A stretch of DNA of 64,000 bases from Syntrophales bacterium (GCA_035358035.1 DAOPOS010000001.1:101909-165908), one strand, 5' to 3'. Positions 46,744 through 59,495 are shown, counted from the first letter of the stretch. Program-made: numbers and translations. Notes: generated by a model from the letters alone, not told the origin.

Positions 46744-47994
46744 ATGTTTGACTACCTGATGACCCAGGAACAATTGAAGATCCGGGACGAGGCCCGGGAG
46801 CTCGTGAAGTGGGTTCCCCGGCAGATGATCCTGGACATGGACGCGGACGTGATCAAATTTCCGAAGGAATTCCTGCGCGAGGCCGGCCGGCGCAACCTCC
46901 TGGGCTGCCGCTATCCCAAAAAATGGGGCGGCCGGGAGATGGACTGGGTGACCACCTGCATGCTCATGGAGGAGATCGGGACCCTGGGCTATGAGTTCTC
47001 CTGCGTCTTCGGCGTCGGGGCGGAACTCGTCTGTGACGCGATCATCCTTCACGGAACCGACGAGCAGAAGGAAAAGTACGTCCGGCCGCTGCTCAGGGGC
47101 GATCTTTTCGCCGCCGAGTGCCTGACGGAACCCCGCGGCGGCTCGGATTTCTTCGGCGCGACGACGAAGGCCGAGGACATGGGGGACTACTTCCTCCTGA
47201 ACGGCCAGAAGCGCTTCATCGTCGGCGGGGAAGGGGCCGACTACTTCCTGCTGTACGCCCGGACGAACTTCGATCCCGCCGTCAAGCCTCAGGCGTCGCT
47301 CACCGCCTTCATCGTGGACCGCGGCCCGGGGGTGGAGACGAAGTACCTCTACGGCCTGATGGGCTGCCGGGGCGGCGGCACGGCGCGGCTTGTCTTCAAG
47401 GACGCGAAGGTCCCGAAGGCCAACATCGTGGGCAGGCTCCACGGGGCCTATGACGTCTTCAACACGATGATGATCCCGGAACGCCTGGGGACGGCGGCCA
47501 TGACCATCGGCGCGGCGCGGCCGGCCCTCGAAGTGGCGACGAACTACACCGCCCGCCGGAAGGCCTTCGGGCAGATCATCGCCCAGTTCGAGGGGGTGAG
47601 CTTCCAGATCGCCGAGGCGGTGATGCTCCTCGACGCGGCCCGGTCGATGGCCTACGTGACGGCGTCCGCCGTGGACCGCGGGGTGGAGATGCACCGTGTG
47701 CGCCGGATGGTGTCGGAATCGAAGAAGTTCATCACCGAGGCCTGCCAGAAGGCGGTTCACAACGCGATGCAGGTCTGCGGGGGGATCGGCTACACGAACG
47801 TCCTGCCGATCGAGCGGATCCACCGCGACGTGCGGCTGGCCTCCATCTGGACCGGCACGAGCGAGGTCATGTCCATGATCACGGCCCACGAGTGGTACCG
47901 GGAGTACTTCCAGGCCAAGGCGGCGCGCCTCACCCGCGATGCCGAGGCCGACGCCGCCGAGGCCGAGGCGGCCGACGAGATCATCTACGAGTAG
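46744..47994 (+). CDS. Acyl-CoA dehydrogenase
   Basis: Typical ACAD layout: N-helical domain, CLTEPRGGSDF in the middle beta domain, and the C-terminal GGIGYT motif. Confidence 0.9.
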   Translation: MFDYLMTQEQLKIRDEARELVKWVPRQMILDMDADVIKFPKEFLREAGRRNLLGCRYPKKWGGREMDWVTTCMLMEEIGTLGYEFSCVFGVGAELVCDAIILHGTDEQKEKYVRPLLRGDLFAAECLTEPRGGSDFFGATTKAEDMGDYFLLNGQKRFIVGGEGADYFLLYARTNFDPAVKPQASLTAFIVDRGPGVETKYLYGLMGCRGGGTARLVFKDAKVPKANIVGRLHGAYDVFNTMMIPERLGTAAMTIGAARPALEVATNYTARRKAFGQIIAQFEGVSFQIAEAVMLLDAARSMAYVTASAVDRGVEMHRVRRMVSESKKFITEACQKAVHNAMQVCGGIGYTNVLPIERIHRDVRLASIWTGTSEVMSMITAHEWYREYFQAKAARLTRDAEADAAEAEAADEIIYE

Positions 47995-48301
47995 GGGCGA
48001 CCTTTGCGTCGCCCGGGACGACCGAAACGTCGGCGATTTTAATGCAGAATTAAATCCAGTCGTTGCAAACCCGTCGCGGCCCGGGAACCGTTCCGGGCCG
48101 GCGGCCGGGTGACGCGCAGGTCGCGCGCCGGCAGAAGAAGGACGCGGGCGCACATCGCGTCCCGGCCTTGAGCGCCCGGCCGTCCGCCCCGGGCCCTGCC
48201 GCCCCCGCCCCGTCTTTATCCCAACGATATTAAATTCTTGACGCCGAGAACCCGCGCGGCCCCGCCGCTCTTTGCCCGCGCCCCACCGGTCCGCGCGCCC
48301 G

Positions 48302-48316
48302 TGGCACGCCCCTTGC
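48302..48316 (+). promoter_or_regulatory. Sigma-54 (-24/-12) promoter upstream of the N-ATPase operon
   Basis: TGGCAC-gcccc-TTGC matches TGGCAC-N5-TTGC exactly. It lies 57 nt upstream of ATG 48373 with RBS GGAAAGGAG in between. Confidence 0.6.
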
Positions 48317-48372
48317 GGAAGGCTGAAGTCAAAAGTCCCCGGCGCATGCGAAAGCGGAAAGGAGCAGGGTCC

Positions 48373-50715
<2,343 letters not shown>

Positions 50716-50773
50716 CGGCGTGAAGCTCCCGGCGGCACACCCCCCACCCTCGACCCAGGAGACGAGGTCCGGC

Positions 50774-51142
50774 ATGGAAAACGAAAAGACATCCCAGGAG
50801 CGGCGCCGGCAGATCGCCGCAACCTTTACCAAGAAGATCGCCCAGCGGCAGGCCATGCGCATCCGGGGCCAGAAGCAGAAGGACCGCATCGTCTGGTTCG
50901 GATTGGGGATGATCGGCGTCGTCGGCTGGTCGGTGGCGATTCCCACCCTGATCGGCGTGGCGCTCGGCCTGTGGATCGACCAGAACCTCCCGAGCCGCTT
51001 CTCCTGGACCCTGATGCTGCTGATCGCCGGCGTGACGGCCGGTTGCATGAACGCCTGGTACTGGGTGAAGCGGGGGGGCTACAACATCGAACACTTGAAC
51101 GGCGAAACGGACGAAGAGGAGACCCATGAGAAGCGCCGCTGA
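50774..51142 (+). CDS. atpQ: AtpQ (AtpZ/AtpI-like small membrane protein of N-ATPase operons)
   Basis: IVWFGLGMIGVVGWSVAIPTLIGVALGLWID...WTLMLLIAGVTAGCMNAWYWV matches the AtpZ/ATPase_gene1 pattern. Its position after atpC is diagnostic for N-ATPase operons. Confidence 0.7.
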   Translation: MENEKTSQERRRQIAATFTKKIAQRQAMRIRGQKQKDRIVWFGLGMIGVVGWSVAIPTLIGVALGLWIDQNLPSRFSWTLMLLIAGVTAGCMNAWYWVKRGGYNIEHLNGETDEEETHEKRR

Positions 51143-51428
51143 CCTCCTGCCGGCCTTCGCGGCCGGCCTGGCCCTGGGCGCCGTCTTTTTCGGCGGGCTC
51201 TGGTGGACCGTCCGCCGCCTCGTCGCCACGCCGAGGCCGTCCCGACTCCTTTGGCAGAGCTTCGCCCTCCGCTTCGTGATCGCGCTGGCGGGGTTCTACG
51301 CGGTGGCGAACGGACAGGGCGGACCGCTGGCGGTTGCGGTCCTGGGATTTCTCGTGATGCGCGAACTCATCGCGCGGCGCTTTTTCATCCGCGCGGATTC
51401 CTCGGGAGGCATGCCATGGAAGTCATGA
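51126..51428 (+). CDS. atpR: AtpR (N-ATPase-specific small membrane subunit)
   Basis: 100 aa with 3 hydrophobic helices and conserved Arg (FFGGLWWTVRRL). Lies between atpQ and atpB. Confidence 0.7.
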   Translation: MRSAADLLPAFAAGLALGAVFFGGLWWTVRRLVATPRPSRLLWQSFALRFVIALAGFYAVANGQGGPLAVAVLGFLVMRELIARRFFIRADSSGGMPWKS

Positions 51429-52159
51429 CGCTGCAGATGATCAGTCCCGACCAGATCGTCCTCTGGAAGTGGGCCTTCATCACCATCAACGCGACCCTGC
51501 TCTTCACCTGGCTGGTCATGGGGATCCTGGTCTGCGCCTCCTTTCTAATCACGCGGCGGCTGTCCGCGGGCACCCGGATCCCGCGCTGGCAGAACCTGCT
51601 GGAGGTCATCGTCGGGGCGATGCGCGAACAGATCCGGGAGGTGACCGAGGAGGACACGGACGAATACATGCCGTTCATCGGGACGATCTTCCTGTTCATC
51701 CTCACCTCGAACCTCCTGTTCATCATCCCCGGCTACGTGACGCCCACGGCATCCCTGACCACCACGGCGGCCCTGGCGGTCTGCGTTTTCCTGGCCGTGC
51801 CCATCTACGGCATCCGCAAGCAGGGGATCGTGAATTACCTCAAGGAGTACTTCCAGCCCATCTTCATCTTTTTCCCCTTTCACGTCATGGGCGAGTTTTC
51901 CCGCACCCTGGCGCTGGCCGTCCGGCTCTTCGGCAACATGATGAGCCACGAGAAGGTCATCGCGATCCTCCTGGCCATCACCCCCCTGCTCTTTCCGGTC
52001 GCCATGCACATCCTGGGGCTTCTGATCGGCGCTATCCAGGCCTACATCTTCGCGATCCTTGCGATGGTCTACATCGCCTCCGCCACGGGGGCGCACCACG
52101 AAAAGCAACCAAGCGCCGCGGTTCCGTCGGAAGCGGTCAAACTGGCTTCGGCCAAATAA
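51416..52159 (+). CDS. atpB: ATP synthase Fo subunit a
   Basis: Polytopic protein with the conserved Arg region LALAVRLFGNMMSHE. ATG at 51416 is in frame with track ORF 51203. Confidence 0.85.
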   Translation: MEVMTLQMISPDQIVLWKWAFITINATLLFTWLVMGILVCASFLITRRLSAGTRIPRWQNLLEVIVGAMREQIREVTEEDTDEYMPFIGTIFLFILTSNLLFIIPGYVTPTASLTTTAALAVCVFLAVPIYGIRKQGIVNYLKEYFQPIFIFFPFHVMGEFSRTLALAVRLFGNMMSHEKVIAILLAITPLLFPVAMHILGLLIGAIQAYIFAILAMVYIASATGAHHEKQPSAAVPSEAVKLASAK

Positions 52160-52180
52160 ACAAAGAAAGGAAGGAAGACT

Positions 52181-52465
52181 ATGGACAGCATGAGTATCAT
52201 AGGAATGGCTTCGGTGATCGCTTCCGCGATCTGCATGGGGATCGGGTCCATCGGCACCGGACTCGGGGAGGGGAGGGCCGTCCAGCAGGCCCTGATGGCC
52301 ATCGCCCAGCAGCCGGATGAAAAGGGCGCCCTGACCCGGACCCTGTTCGTGGGTCTGGCGATGATCGAGTCCATCGCCATCTACTGCTTCGTGATTTCCA
52401 TGATCCTGATCTTCGCCAATCCATTCTGGAATCAGGTCATTCCAAAGGTCGTCGCGGGAGGATAG
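52181..52465 (+). CDS. atpE: ATP synthase Fo subunit c
   Basis: Hairpin proteolipid with the AQQPDEKG loop and the carboxylate-bearing helix 2, LAMIESIAIY. Confidence 0.9.
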   Translation: MDSMSIIGMASVIASAICMGIGSIGTGLGEGRAVQQALMAIAQQPDEKGALTRTLFVGLAMIESIAIYCFVISMILIFANPFWNQVIPKVVAGG

Positions 52466-52469
52466 GTCC

Positions 52470-53240
52470 ATGCATATCGACGGGTTCGTATTTTTTGCCC
52501 AGATCGTCAACTTCCTGATCCTGATCTATCTGCTGAAGCGTTTTCTCTACGGCCGGATCATCCAGGCCATGGACAACCGGGAAGCGAAGATCGCCGCCCG
52601 GATTGCCGAAGCCGAGACGATGAAGGCGGATGCGGCGGCGGCGGCGGAGAATTACGCCCAGAAGATGAAGGGTCTCGATGCACGGTTCGAGGCGTTGCTC
52701 AACGAGGCGCGGCTGGAAGCGGAGGAACGGCGCAAGGAGCTGCTCGCCAAGGCCCGCGAAGAGGTGGACGGGATCCAGCGCAACTGGCAGGAGGCCCTCA
52801 AGCGCCAGCAGGAGGCGTTTCTCCAGGAGCTGCGCCGCCTGACGGGCCAGCAACTCTGGACCATCGTCGGCCGCGTGCTGGCCGATCTGGCCGACGCCGA
52901 CCTGGAACAGCGGATCGTCAAGGTCTTTCTCCACCGCCTCACCACCCTGGACGAGCAGCGGCGGCTGGAAATCAAGGCCTCGCTCCGGGGCGAGGGGGAG
53001 CTCTATATCGACAGCGCCTTCGCCATCGCTCCGGAGGCCCAGGAGCAGATCCGGTCCGTTCTCAAAGGCCATTTCACCAACGGCGTCCGCATCTTCTACC
53101 GGGTCCGGCCGGAGGTCGTCTCCGGAATCGAGATGCGGGCGCACGGGCACAAGATCGCGTGGAGTTTCCAGGAGTACATGGAAACGATGCAGGAAAATCT
53201 CTCCCAGGCCCTGCAGCGGGAGGCCCAGGGAACAGCCTAA
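52470..53240 (+). CDS. atpF: ATP synthase Fo subunit b (elongated, 256 aa)
   Basis: N-terminal TM helix (FFAQIVNFLILIYLL) followed by a long charged coiled region. No delta-subunit gene is present in the operon. Confidence 0.8.
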   Translation: MHIDGFVFFAQIVNFLILIYLLKRFLYGRIIQAMDNREAKIAARIAEAETMKADAAAAAENYAQKMKGLDARFEALLNEARLEAEERRKELLAKAREEVDGIQRNWQEALKRQQEAFLQELRRLTGQQLWTIVGRVLADLADADLEQRIVKVFLHRLTTLDEQRRLEIKASLRGEGELYIDSAFAIAPEAQEQIRSVLKGHFTNGVRIFYRVRPEVVSGIEMRAHGHKIAWSFQEYMETMQENLSQALQREAQGTA

Positions 53241-53252
53241 AGGAAGAGGATC

Positions 53253-54845
53253 ATGGAAGGGAACGCAAAGTCGAGAGAAAGCACGTCACGGGGCGATGAC
53301 GGAGTCTTGAAGTCCTTCCTCGCCAGCACCTTTTCCACTCTGGACGAGGTCCTGCTGAGTCAGCAGCCCGACCTGACGCTCCACGAAGTCGGGGTCGTGA
53401 AGTTCGTCAGCCGGGGGATCGTCCGCGTCGACGGCCTGCCCAACGTCCGGGCGGAGGAACTCGTGCGCTTCCCGGGAAACCTGATGGGACTCGTGTTCAA
53501 CATCGACCCGGACGAGGTCGGCGTGATCCTCCTCGACCCAAGCGAACACATCGCCGCCGGCGCCGAGGTCCACCGCACCGGCCGGGTCCTCGACATTCCC
53601 GTGGGGGACGCGATGCTGGGACGCATCGTGGACGCCCTGGGCCGCCCCCTGGACAACAAGGGGGACATCGCCGCCGCGAAACGGCTCCCCGTCGAGCGGG
53701 AGGCCCCGGCGGTCATGGACCGGCTCCCCGTCACCGTCCCCCTCCAGACGGGGATCAAGGTGATCGACGCCCTCATCCCCATCGGCCGCGGTCAGCGCGA
53801 GCTGATCCTGGGCGACCGTCAGACGGGCAAGACCGCCATCATCCTGGACACGATCATCAACCAGAAGGGCAAGGACGTCATCTGCATTTACTGCGCCATC
53901 GGCAAGCAGAGCTCCGACACGGCCCGGGTCGTCGCCGATCTCGAGGCCCACGGGGTGATGGACTTCTGCACGATCGTCGTCGCCACGGGGGAGGACCCGC
54001 CGGGACTGCAATTCATCGCCCCCTACGCGGCCACCTCGATGGGAGAATACTTCATGTCCCAGGGCCGGGACGTCCTCGTCGTGTACGACGACCTGACCCG
54101 ACACGCCCGCGCCTACCGGGAGCTCTCCCTCCTCCTGCGCCGCCCGCCCGGCCGCGAGGCCTTTCCCGGCGACATCTTCTACATCCACTCCCGGATGCTC
54201 GAACGGTCCACGCATCTGCGGGCGGAGCTGGGCGGCGGGTCGCTCACCGCCCTGCCCATCACGGAGACGGAGGCCCAGGACATGTCGTCGTACATCCCAA
54301 CCAACCTGATCTCCATCACCGACGGCCAGATCTACCTCTCCCCGCCGCTCTTCCAGAAGGGCATCCTGCCGGCCATCGACGTGGGCAAGTCCGTCTCCCG
54401 CGTCGGCGGCAAGACGCAACTGCCCGCCTACCGGGCCGTCGCCGGCGACCTGCGGCTGTCCTACTCGCAGTTCGAGGAACTGGAATCCTTCTCACGGTTC
54501 GGCACCCGCCTCGACGAGAGCACCCGCCGGACGCTGGAACGGGGCTGGCGGGTCCGGGAGATCCTGAAGCAGAACCAGTACGTCCCCCTGCCCGTCGCGG
54601 AGCAGATCGCCGCGCTGCTGTCCGTAACCGGCGGCGCCCTGGACGAGGTGCCCCTCGAGCGGGTCGGCGAGGCGGAAGCGGCCATCCGTCAGGCGGTGCG
54701 GGAGCAGCTGGTCGACCTGTGCGCCCGCATCCAAGCGGGGGAAAAACTCGGCCTGTCGGACAAGGAGGCCATGCTGCGGGTGGCCCGGGACGTCGTGGCC
54801 AAGAAATTCAGGGAGGAATCCCGTGCAGACAACGGAAGCGCTTAA
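53253..54845 (+). CDS. atpA: ATP synthase F1 alpha subunit
   Basis: Walker [10 protein letters not shown] and VYDDLTRHA. General alpha colinearity. Confidence 0.9.
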   Translation: MEGNAKSRESTSRGDDGVLKSFLASTFSTLDEVLLSQQPDLTLHEVGVVKFVSRGIVRVDGLPNVRAEELVRFPGNLMGLVFNIDPDEVGVILLDPSEHIAAGAEVHRTGRVLDIPVGDAMLGRIVDALGRPLDNKGDIAAAKRLPVEREAPAVMDRLPVTVPLQTGIKVIDALIPIGRGQRELILGDRQTGKTAIILDTIINQKGKDVICIYCAIGKQSSDTARVVADLEAHGVMDFCTIVVATGEDPPGLQFIAPYAATSMGEYFMSQGRDVLVVYDDLTRHARAYRELSLLLRRPPGREAFPGDIFYIHSRMLERSTHLRAELGGGSLTALPITETEAQDMSSYIPTNLISITDGQIYLSPPLFQKGILPAIDVGKSVSRVGGKTQLPAYRAVAGDLRLSYSQFEELESFSRFGTRLDESTRRTLERGWRVREILKQNQYVPLPVAEQIAALLSVTGGALDEVPLERVGEAEAAIRQAVREQLVDLCARIQAGEKLGLSDKEAMLRVARDVVAKKFREESRADNGSA

Positions 54846-55755
54846 GCGCACCATCAAGAGCGCCGGGGATCTCCTGTCGGTCGTCAAGACGATGAAGGCC
54901 CTGGCCGCCGTCAGCATCCGCCAGTATCAGAAGGCCGTCGAATCGCTCGCGGACTACAACCGGACCGTGGAAATGGGTCTGCAGATCCTGCTCAGGAGCC
55001 AGCCGGACCTCACCCTGCTGTCCCGGCCCCAGCCGGTTCGGCGCCTGGGGGTCATCGTCTTCGGCTCCGATCAGGGCCTGTGCGGTCAGTTGAACGAGCA
55101 GATCGCCACGCACGCCCTTGCGGAGATGGACGCCCTCAAGGTGCCGCGGTCGGAGCGGACGATCCTGGCCGCGGGGATGCGCGTCACCGATTACATCGAG
55201 GACGCGGGCCAGCGGGTGGAGGAAACCCTGACCACGCCCGGTTCGACCTCGGGCATCACGCCCATGGTTCAGGAAATCATCATGATCCTGGAAGGCTGGC
55301 GCTTCGAGAAGCACATCGACCATTTCGTCCTGTATTACAACAAGTACCTGTCCGGGGCGTCCTACCGGCCGATCACCGTTCCGCTCCTGCCCGTGGACCC
55401 CGCCTGGCTCAGGGACATCGCGAAAAAGAAATGGCCGTCCCGGAGCCTGCCCGTCTTCACCCTGGATCCCGACGTCCTGCTGTCCACGCTGGTGCGGGAA
55501 TACCTCTTCGTTTCCCTCTACCGGGCCTTCGCCGAATCCCTGGCCAGCGAAAACGCCAGCCGTCTGGCCTCCATGCAGAACGCCGAGAAGAACATCGAAG
55601 AGCGCCTCCAGGAGCTCCACGTCCACTACCATCGGCAGCGGCAGATGACCATCACGGAGGAGCTCCTCGACATCGTCGCCGGCTTCGAGGCGTTGCAGGA
55701 GCAGGCCCGCTTGAAGGCGCGCAGCGCGCATGCAGAAAGGAGGGTGTCATCATGA
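54823..55755 (+). CDS. atpG: ATP synthase F1 gamma subunit
   Basis: [29 protein letters not shown] at the N-terminus and C-terminal [17 protein letters not shown] start. Confidence 0.85.
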   Translation: MQTTEALKRTIKSAGDLLSVVKTMKALAAVSIRQYQKAVESLADYNRTVEMGLQILLRSQPDLTLLSRPQPVRRLGVIVFGSDQGLCGQLNEQIATHALAEMDALKVPRSERTILAAGMRVTDYIEDAGQRVEETLTTPGSTSGITPMVQEIIMILEGWRFEKHIDHFVLYYNKYLSGASYRPITVPLLPVDPAWLRDIAKKKWPSRSLPVFTLDPDVLLSTLVREYLFVSLYRAFAESLASENASRLASMQNAEKNIEERLQELHVHYHRQRQMTITEELLDIVAGFEALQEQARLKARSAHAERRVSS

Positions 55756-56612
55756 CGTCGAGCGACAAGAGGTTCTGTGCGATCTGTGCCTGGCGGGGAA
55801 CCTGTCAAAAACGGTTCAGCGTCCCCGTCGACGGCCTGCTGAACGTCTACTGCCCCGATTATACGCGGGACATTCAGATCAAGGATACCCGGGACCTGGA
55901 CCGGGCGCTTTTGGACTATCAGATCAGCCAGTGGCAGGCCGAGGCCCGGAAAAAGGTCGGCCCGACGATCACCGTCTCCCGGGAGACGGGCAGCGGCGGC
56001 AGCGAGATCGCCCGGATCGTGGCCACCCGGCTCAAGATGGACCTGATCGGCGGCCAGATCATCCAGAAGGTGGCGGAAAGCGCCAAGATGAGCACGAAGG
56101 TCATCGAAACCCTGGACGAGAAGGGCGTCACGTTCATGGAGAGCCTCGTCAACTCGATGTTCGCCAGCCGCCACATCTGGCCCGACGAATACCTCCGCCA
56201 CCTGACGATGGTCATCGGCGCCGCCGGCCAGCACGGAAACGCCGTCCTCATGGGCCGGGGCGCCAACTTCATCCTCAAGCCGGAACGGACCTTCCGCCTG
56301 CGCATCATCGCGCCCCTGGAGAAGCGGATCCAGTACCTGATGGAGCGCGGCAAACTTTCCCCAGGCGATGCGGAAAAGTTCATCGTGAACAAGGATGCGG
56401 ACCGGAAGAAATTCATCAAGAAAAACTTCAAGGCGGACATCTCCGACCCGGCGCACTACGATCTGGTCGTCAACACCGCCTATGTCAGCGTGGAGGGCGC
56501 CGTGGCCGCCATCATCGACGCCTTCCAGGCCCGGACCTATGTCTTCGGCCAGAACGGGGCCGGCACGGGCGCGAAGAAGACGGGCGCCGTCCGGCAATCC
56601 GCCGCCCGGTGA
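55752..56612 (+). CDS. Cytidylate-kinase-like family protein with a Cys-rich N-terminal extension
   Basis: ITVSRETGSGGSEIARIVATRL is the P-loop-like signature of the cytidylate kinase-like family. The N-terminus has C-x2-C-x5-C-x15-C. The ATG overlaps the atpG stop as ATGA. Confidence 0.75.
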   Translation: MTSSDKRFCAICAWRGTCQKRFSVPVDGLLNVYCPDYTRDIQIKDTRDLDRALLDYQISQWQAEARKKVGPTITVSRETGSGGSEIARIVATRLKMDLIGGQIIQKVAESAKMSTKVIETLDEKGVTFMESLVNSMFASRHIWPDEYLRHLTMVIGAAGQHGNAVLMGRGANFILKPERTFRLRIIAPLEKRIQYLMERGKLSPGDAEKFIVNKDADRKKFIKKNFKADISDPAHYDLVVNTAYVSVEGAVAAIIDAFQARTYVFGQNGAGTGAKKTGAVRQSAAR

Positions 56613-56672
56613 CGTTTCATGCAGCCGCCGCCGGACGCGGGGCTTCCGGCGGCCGGGGCGTAAGGGCATGCC

Positions 56673-56918
56673 GTGAAAAGCAGGACCGTGAAAGAGGGGC
56701 CGGAGAGCCCGGGGAAGATGGAACGGCTGGAACGGGAGCTCCTGCTTGCGCTCGCCGAGGAGGTCGTGCTGCAGCTGCGCAACCGGCTCATGGAAGCCGA
56801 GACGCAGCACCCCCTCGAATCGGCCATCCGCATCGCCGACTTCCAGGAACGGCTCTGGTGCATCGAAGATCTGACCGACAAAATCCGCACGCAGGTCCGC
56901 AGGGAAACGAACCTTTGA
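56673..56918 (+). CDS. Small hypothetical protein (weak call)
   Basis: 81-codon ORF with a GTG start and a helical charged sequence. No family recognised and no clear RBS. Confidence 0.3.
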   Translation: MKSRTVKEGPESPGKMERLERELLLALAEEVVLQLRNRLMEAETQHPLESAIRIADFQERLWCIEDLTDKIRTQVRRETNL

Positions 56919-56925
56919 GCCCGGC

Positions 56926-57909
56926 CTACGGAAAGGACGCCAGGCCGCAGCGCACGGCGCCCAGCAGGGCGGCGCGCTCGTAGACGATCACGGTGACGGG
57001 GATCTGCGCCACCGTCCCGGCCATCCGGCCCTTCCGGCGGAAGGCCGCCAGGAAGGCCGGCGCCCTCAGAACCGGCAGGATGCGCCGGGGAATCCCGCCG
57101 CCGAGGTACACGCCGCCCGCGGCCATGACCTTCAGGGCCAGGTTGCCCGCCTCCGCCGCCAGGATGGCGGCGAAGAGGTCCAGCGTCCGGCGGCAGAGGC
57201 CGTCCCCCCGCTCCAGGGCCCCCGCGACGATAACCGGGTTCGGATCGTCCGCACCCGTCAGGGCCTCGGTCAGCCAGGCCGGCTCGCGGCCGTCGCCGCC
57301 GTCCCGGAGAAATTCGTAGAGACGGCGCAACCCCTGCCCGGAGCAGACCGTTTCATAGCCGACGTGATCGAGCCGCGCCTGCAGCCCGGTCAGCAGGGCC
57401 GCCTGCTGTTCTCCCGCCGGCGCGAAATCCACATGCCCTCCCTCGGAGGGGTGAACCCGGTACTCAAAGCCGTTCCAGGTCAGAAAGGCCTCCCCCAGTC
57501 CGGTCCCCGGGGCGATCAGGGCCAGGGTCCCCCGTTCCGGCGGCTCTCCCGGGCTCAACACCTCCAGGTCCGCCGGCCCCAGCGCGGGAATGGCCCAGGC
57601 CATCGCCTCGACGTCGTTGACGACCCTGACGGACGGCGTCCCCAGAAGGTCGCGGAGGCGGCCGACGCTCAGCCGCCAGGGGAGGTTCGTGATATCGGCG
57701 GCACCCTCCCGCACCGGTCCCGCGACGCCAAGGCAGACCGCCGTCACGGGCAGCCGGGCCTCCGCCAGGAATTCCCGGATCATCGTCTCCGGATCGGGAT
57801 ACCGCCCGCTGGGCAGGGTCGCCGCGTGGAGCGGTTCCCGCGGATCGCCGTAAGGGGAAAAAACGCCCAGATGGGTCTTCGTTCCGCCGATGTCGCCCGC
57901 CAGCAGCAT
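56926..57909 (-). CDS. glk: Glucokinase
   Basis: MLLAGDIGGTKTHLGVF at the N-terminus, an ROK/glucokinase-type body, and GGVYLGGGI. Confidence 0.9.
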   Translation of the reverse strand: MLLAGDIGGTKTHLGVFSPYGDPREPLHAATLPSGRYPDPETMIREFLAEARLPVTAVCLGVAGPVREGAADITNLPWRLSVGRLRDLLGTPSVRVVNDVEAMAWAIPALGPADLEVLSPGEPPERGTLALIAPGTGLGEAFLTWNGFEYRVHPSEGGHVDFAPAGEQQAALLTGLQARLDHVGYETVCSGQGLRRLYEFLRDGGDGREPAWLTEALTGADDPNPVIVAGALERGDGLCRRTLDLFAAILAAEAGNLALKVMAAGGVYLGGGIPRRILPVLRAPAFLAAFRRKGRMAGTVAQIPVTVIVYERAALLGAVRCGLASFP

Positions 57910-57997
57910 GTCGCCTCCTTTTCGGGATCTCCCTGAAACCGGGGCGGTCGACCGGTGCCGCGGCGGCTAGGCCACCCGGCGCCGCCCCCCGGGCGCG

Positions 57998-58321
57998 TCA
58001 GGGGGGAACCACTTCCCGCCTCAGCCAGTCCAGATACGCCGGGTCGCCCGCGACGATCGGAAGAGCGATGATTTCCGGAAGTTCATAGGCATGCAGGGCC
58101 CGGATCGCCGCCGCGACCGCATCGAAGAGATCCGCCCGCGTCTTGATCAGGCATTGCCACTCCCGGGCCTCCTCGATCCGCCCCTGCCAGCGGTAAACGC
58201 TCGCCACCGGGCCGGCGACCTGCACGCAGGCGGCCAATCGCCGCTCCACGAGCATCCGGGCCAGGCGCGTCGCCCCCTCTTCCGTGTCGATGGTCGTGAC
58301 CACCTGGATCGCCGTTGTCAT
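57998..58321 (-). CDS. cutA: Divalent-cation tolerance protein CutA
   Basis: 107 aa: LVERRLAACVQVAGPVASVYRWQGRIEEAREWQCLIKT...HAYELPEIIALPI. ATG at 58321; the track ORF is over-extended. Confidence 0.85.
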   Translation of the reverse strand: MTTAIQVVTTIDTEEGATRLARMLVERRLAACVQVAGPVASVYRWQGRIEEAREWQCLIKTRADLFDAVAAAIRALHAYELPEIIALPIVAGDPAYLDWLRREVVPP

Positions 58322-58398
58322 GGCCGCTCCCCCTTCACACCTGTTTTTGAAACGGTCCCCGGCCAGCCCGCACGCACGCGATCCGACCCGCGGCCCGT

Positions 58399-58728
58399 TC
58401 AATTCACGACGGACCGGGAACAGAGATTCAGCACCGCCACGCCGGCGCCGATCAGGACCAAACCGGCGATGGCGGGCGCATCCAGGGGCTGCTCCAGGAA
58501 GAGCCAGCCGATCAGGGCGATGAGGGCCATCCCGACCCCGGACCACACCGCATAGGCCACGCCGACCGGCAGGGTCCGCAGCGTCAGGGAAAGGAAGAAG
58601 AAGGAAATTCCATACCCCAGAACGACGACCAGCGACGGAACGAGACGGGTGAATCCGTCGGAGACCTTGAGCGCCGACGTCCCGATCACCTCCGCGAGAA
58701 TCGCGATGGACAGAAAAACCCACTGCAC
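58399..58728 (-). CDS. SMR-family multidrug efflux transporter (EmrE/QacE-like)
   Basis: 109 aa with 4 TM helices. [13 protein letters not shown] carries the conserved membrane Glu. GTG start at 58728 follows AGGAGGGGGG. Confidence 0.85.
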   Translation of the reverse strand: MQWVFLSIAILAEVIGTSALKVSDGFTRLVPSLVVVLGYGISFFFLSLTLRTLPVGVAYAVWSGVGMALIALIGWLFLEQPLDAPAIAGLVLIGAGVAVLNLCSRSVVN

Positions 58729-58730
58729 GG

Positions 58731-59495
58731 TTATTCCCCCCTCCTGAATTCGTACATCATGATCGCCGCGGCCTGGGGCAGGCTCAGCGACTCGGCGTCT
58801 CCGGCGCCGGGGATGCGCCAGCATTCGTCCGCCAGGTCGAGCAGCGCCGGCGGCAGGCCGTGGGTCTCGTTACCCAGCAGCAGGGCCGTTTGCGGCGGAC
58901 AGGGATGGGGCGGGACGCCCCGGCGGACGTCGCTGCCGATGAGGCGGAAACGCCCCCGGAGCGCCGGCAGGACGGCGGCAAGATCGAGATCGGCCGCCAC
59001 GTTCAGGTGAAAGAGGCTGCCCATGGACGTCCGGATGACCTTCGGGTGGGTCCAGTCCGCCGACCCGGCGCCGACGAGCACCGTCCGGAAGCCGAACCAG
59101 TGGGCCGTCCGCAGGAGCGCCCCGAGATTGTTGGGATTGTTGACCCGGTCGATCAGCAGCAGCGGCCCGGGGCCCGTCTCCCAGTCCGCCGCGGCCAGGG
59201 GCGGCGGCAGGGCCGCCACGGCCAGGATGCCCTCCGGGGCGGGGTCCTGGCTGATCCGCTTCCAGGACCGCGCCGGCACCGCATGGACCGCCCCGGACGG
59301 CAGGGACGCGATCAGGGCCTGGTGGCGCGCCGCGGCATCCTCCTCCATCAGCACGGCCCGGACCGCCCAGGGGCTCCGGAGGAGTTCCCGGACGACCTTC
59401 TCCCCCTCGGCGAGGCACAGCCCCTCCCGCCGGCGGTATTTCGTCTGGTTCAGCTTGGCCCACGCGGTCACGCGTGCGGACGATAATGCCTGCAA
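58731..59495 (-). CDS. TrmH/SpoU-family RNA 2'-O-methyltransferase
   Basis: [33 protein letters not shown] and [14 protein letters not shown] (SpoU motifs 1-3). Confidence 0.8.
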   Translation of the reverse strand: MQALSSARVTAWAKLNQTKYRRREGLCLAEGEKVVRELLRSPWAVRAVLMEEDAAARHQALIASLPSGAVHAVPARSWKRISQDPAPEGILAVAALPPPLAAADWETGPGPLLLIDRVNNPNNLGALLRTAHWFGFRTVLVGAGSADWTHPKVIRTSMGSLFHLNVAADLDLAAVLPALRGRFRLIGSDVRRGVPPHPCPPQTALLLGNETHGLPPALLDLADECWRIPGAGDAESLSLPQAAAIMMYEFRRGE

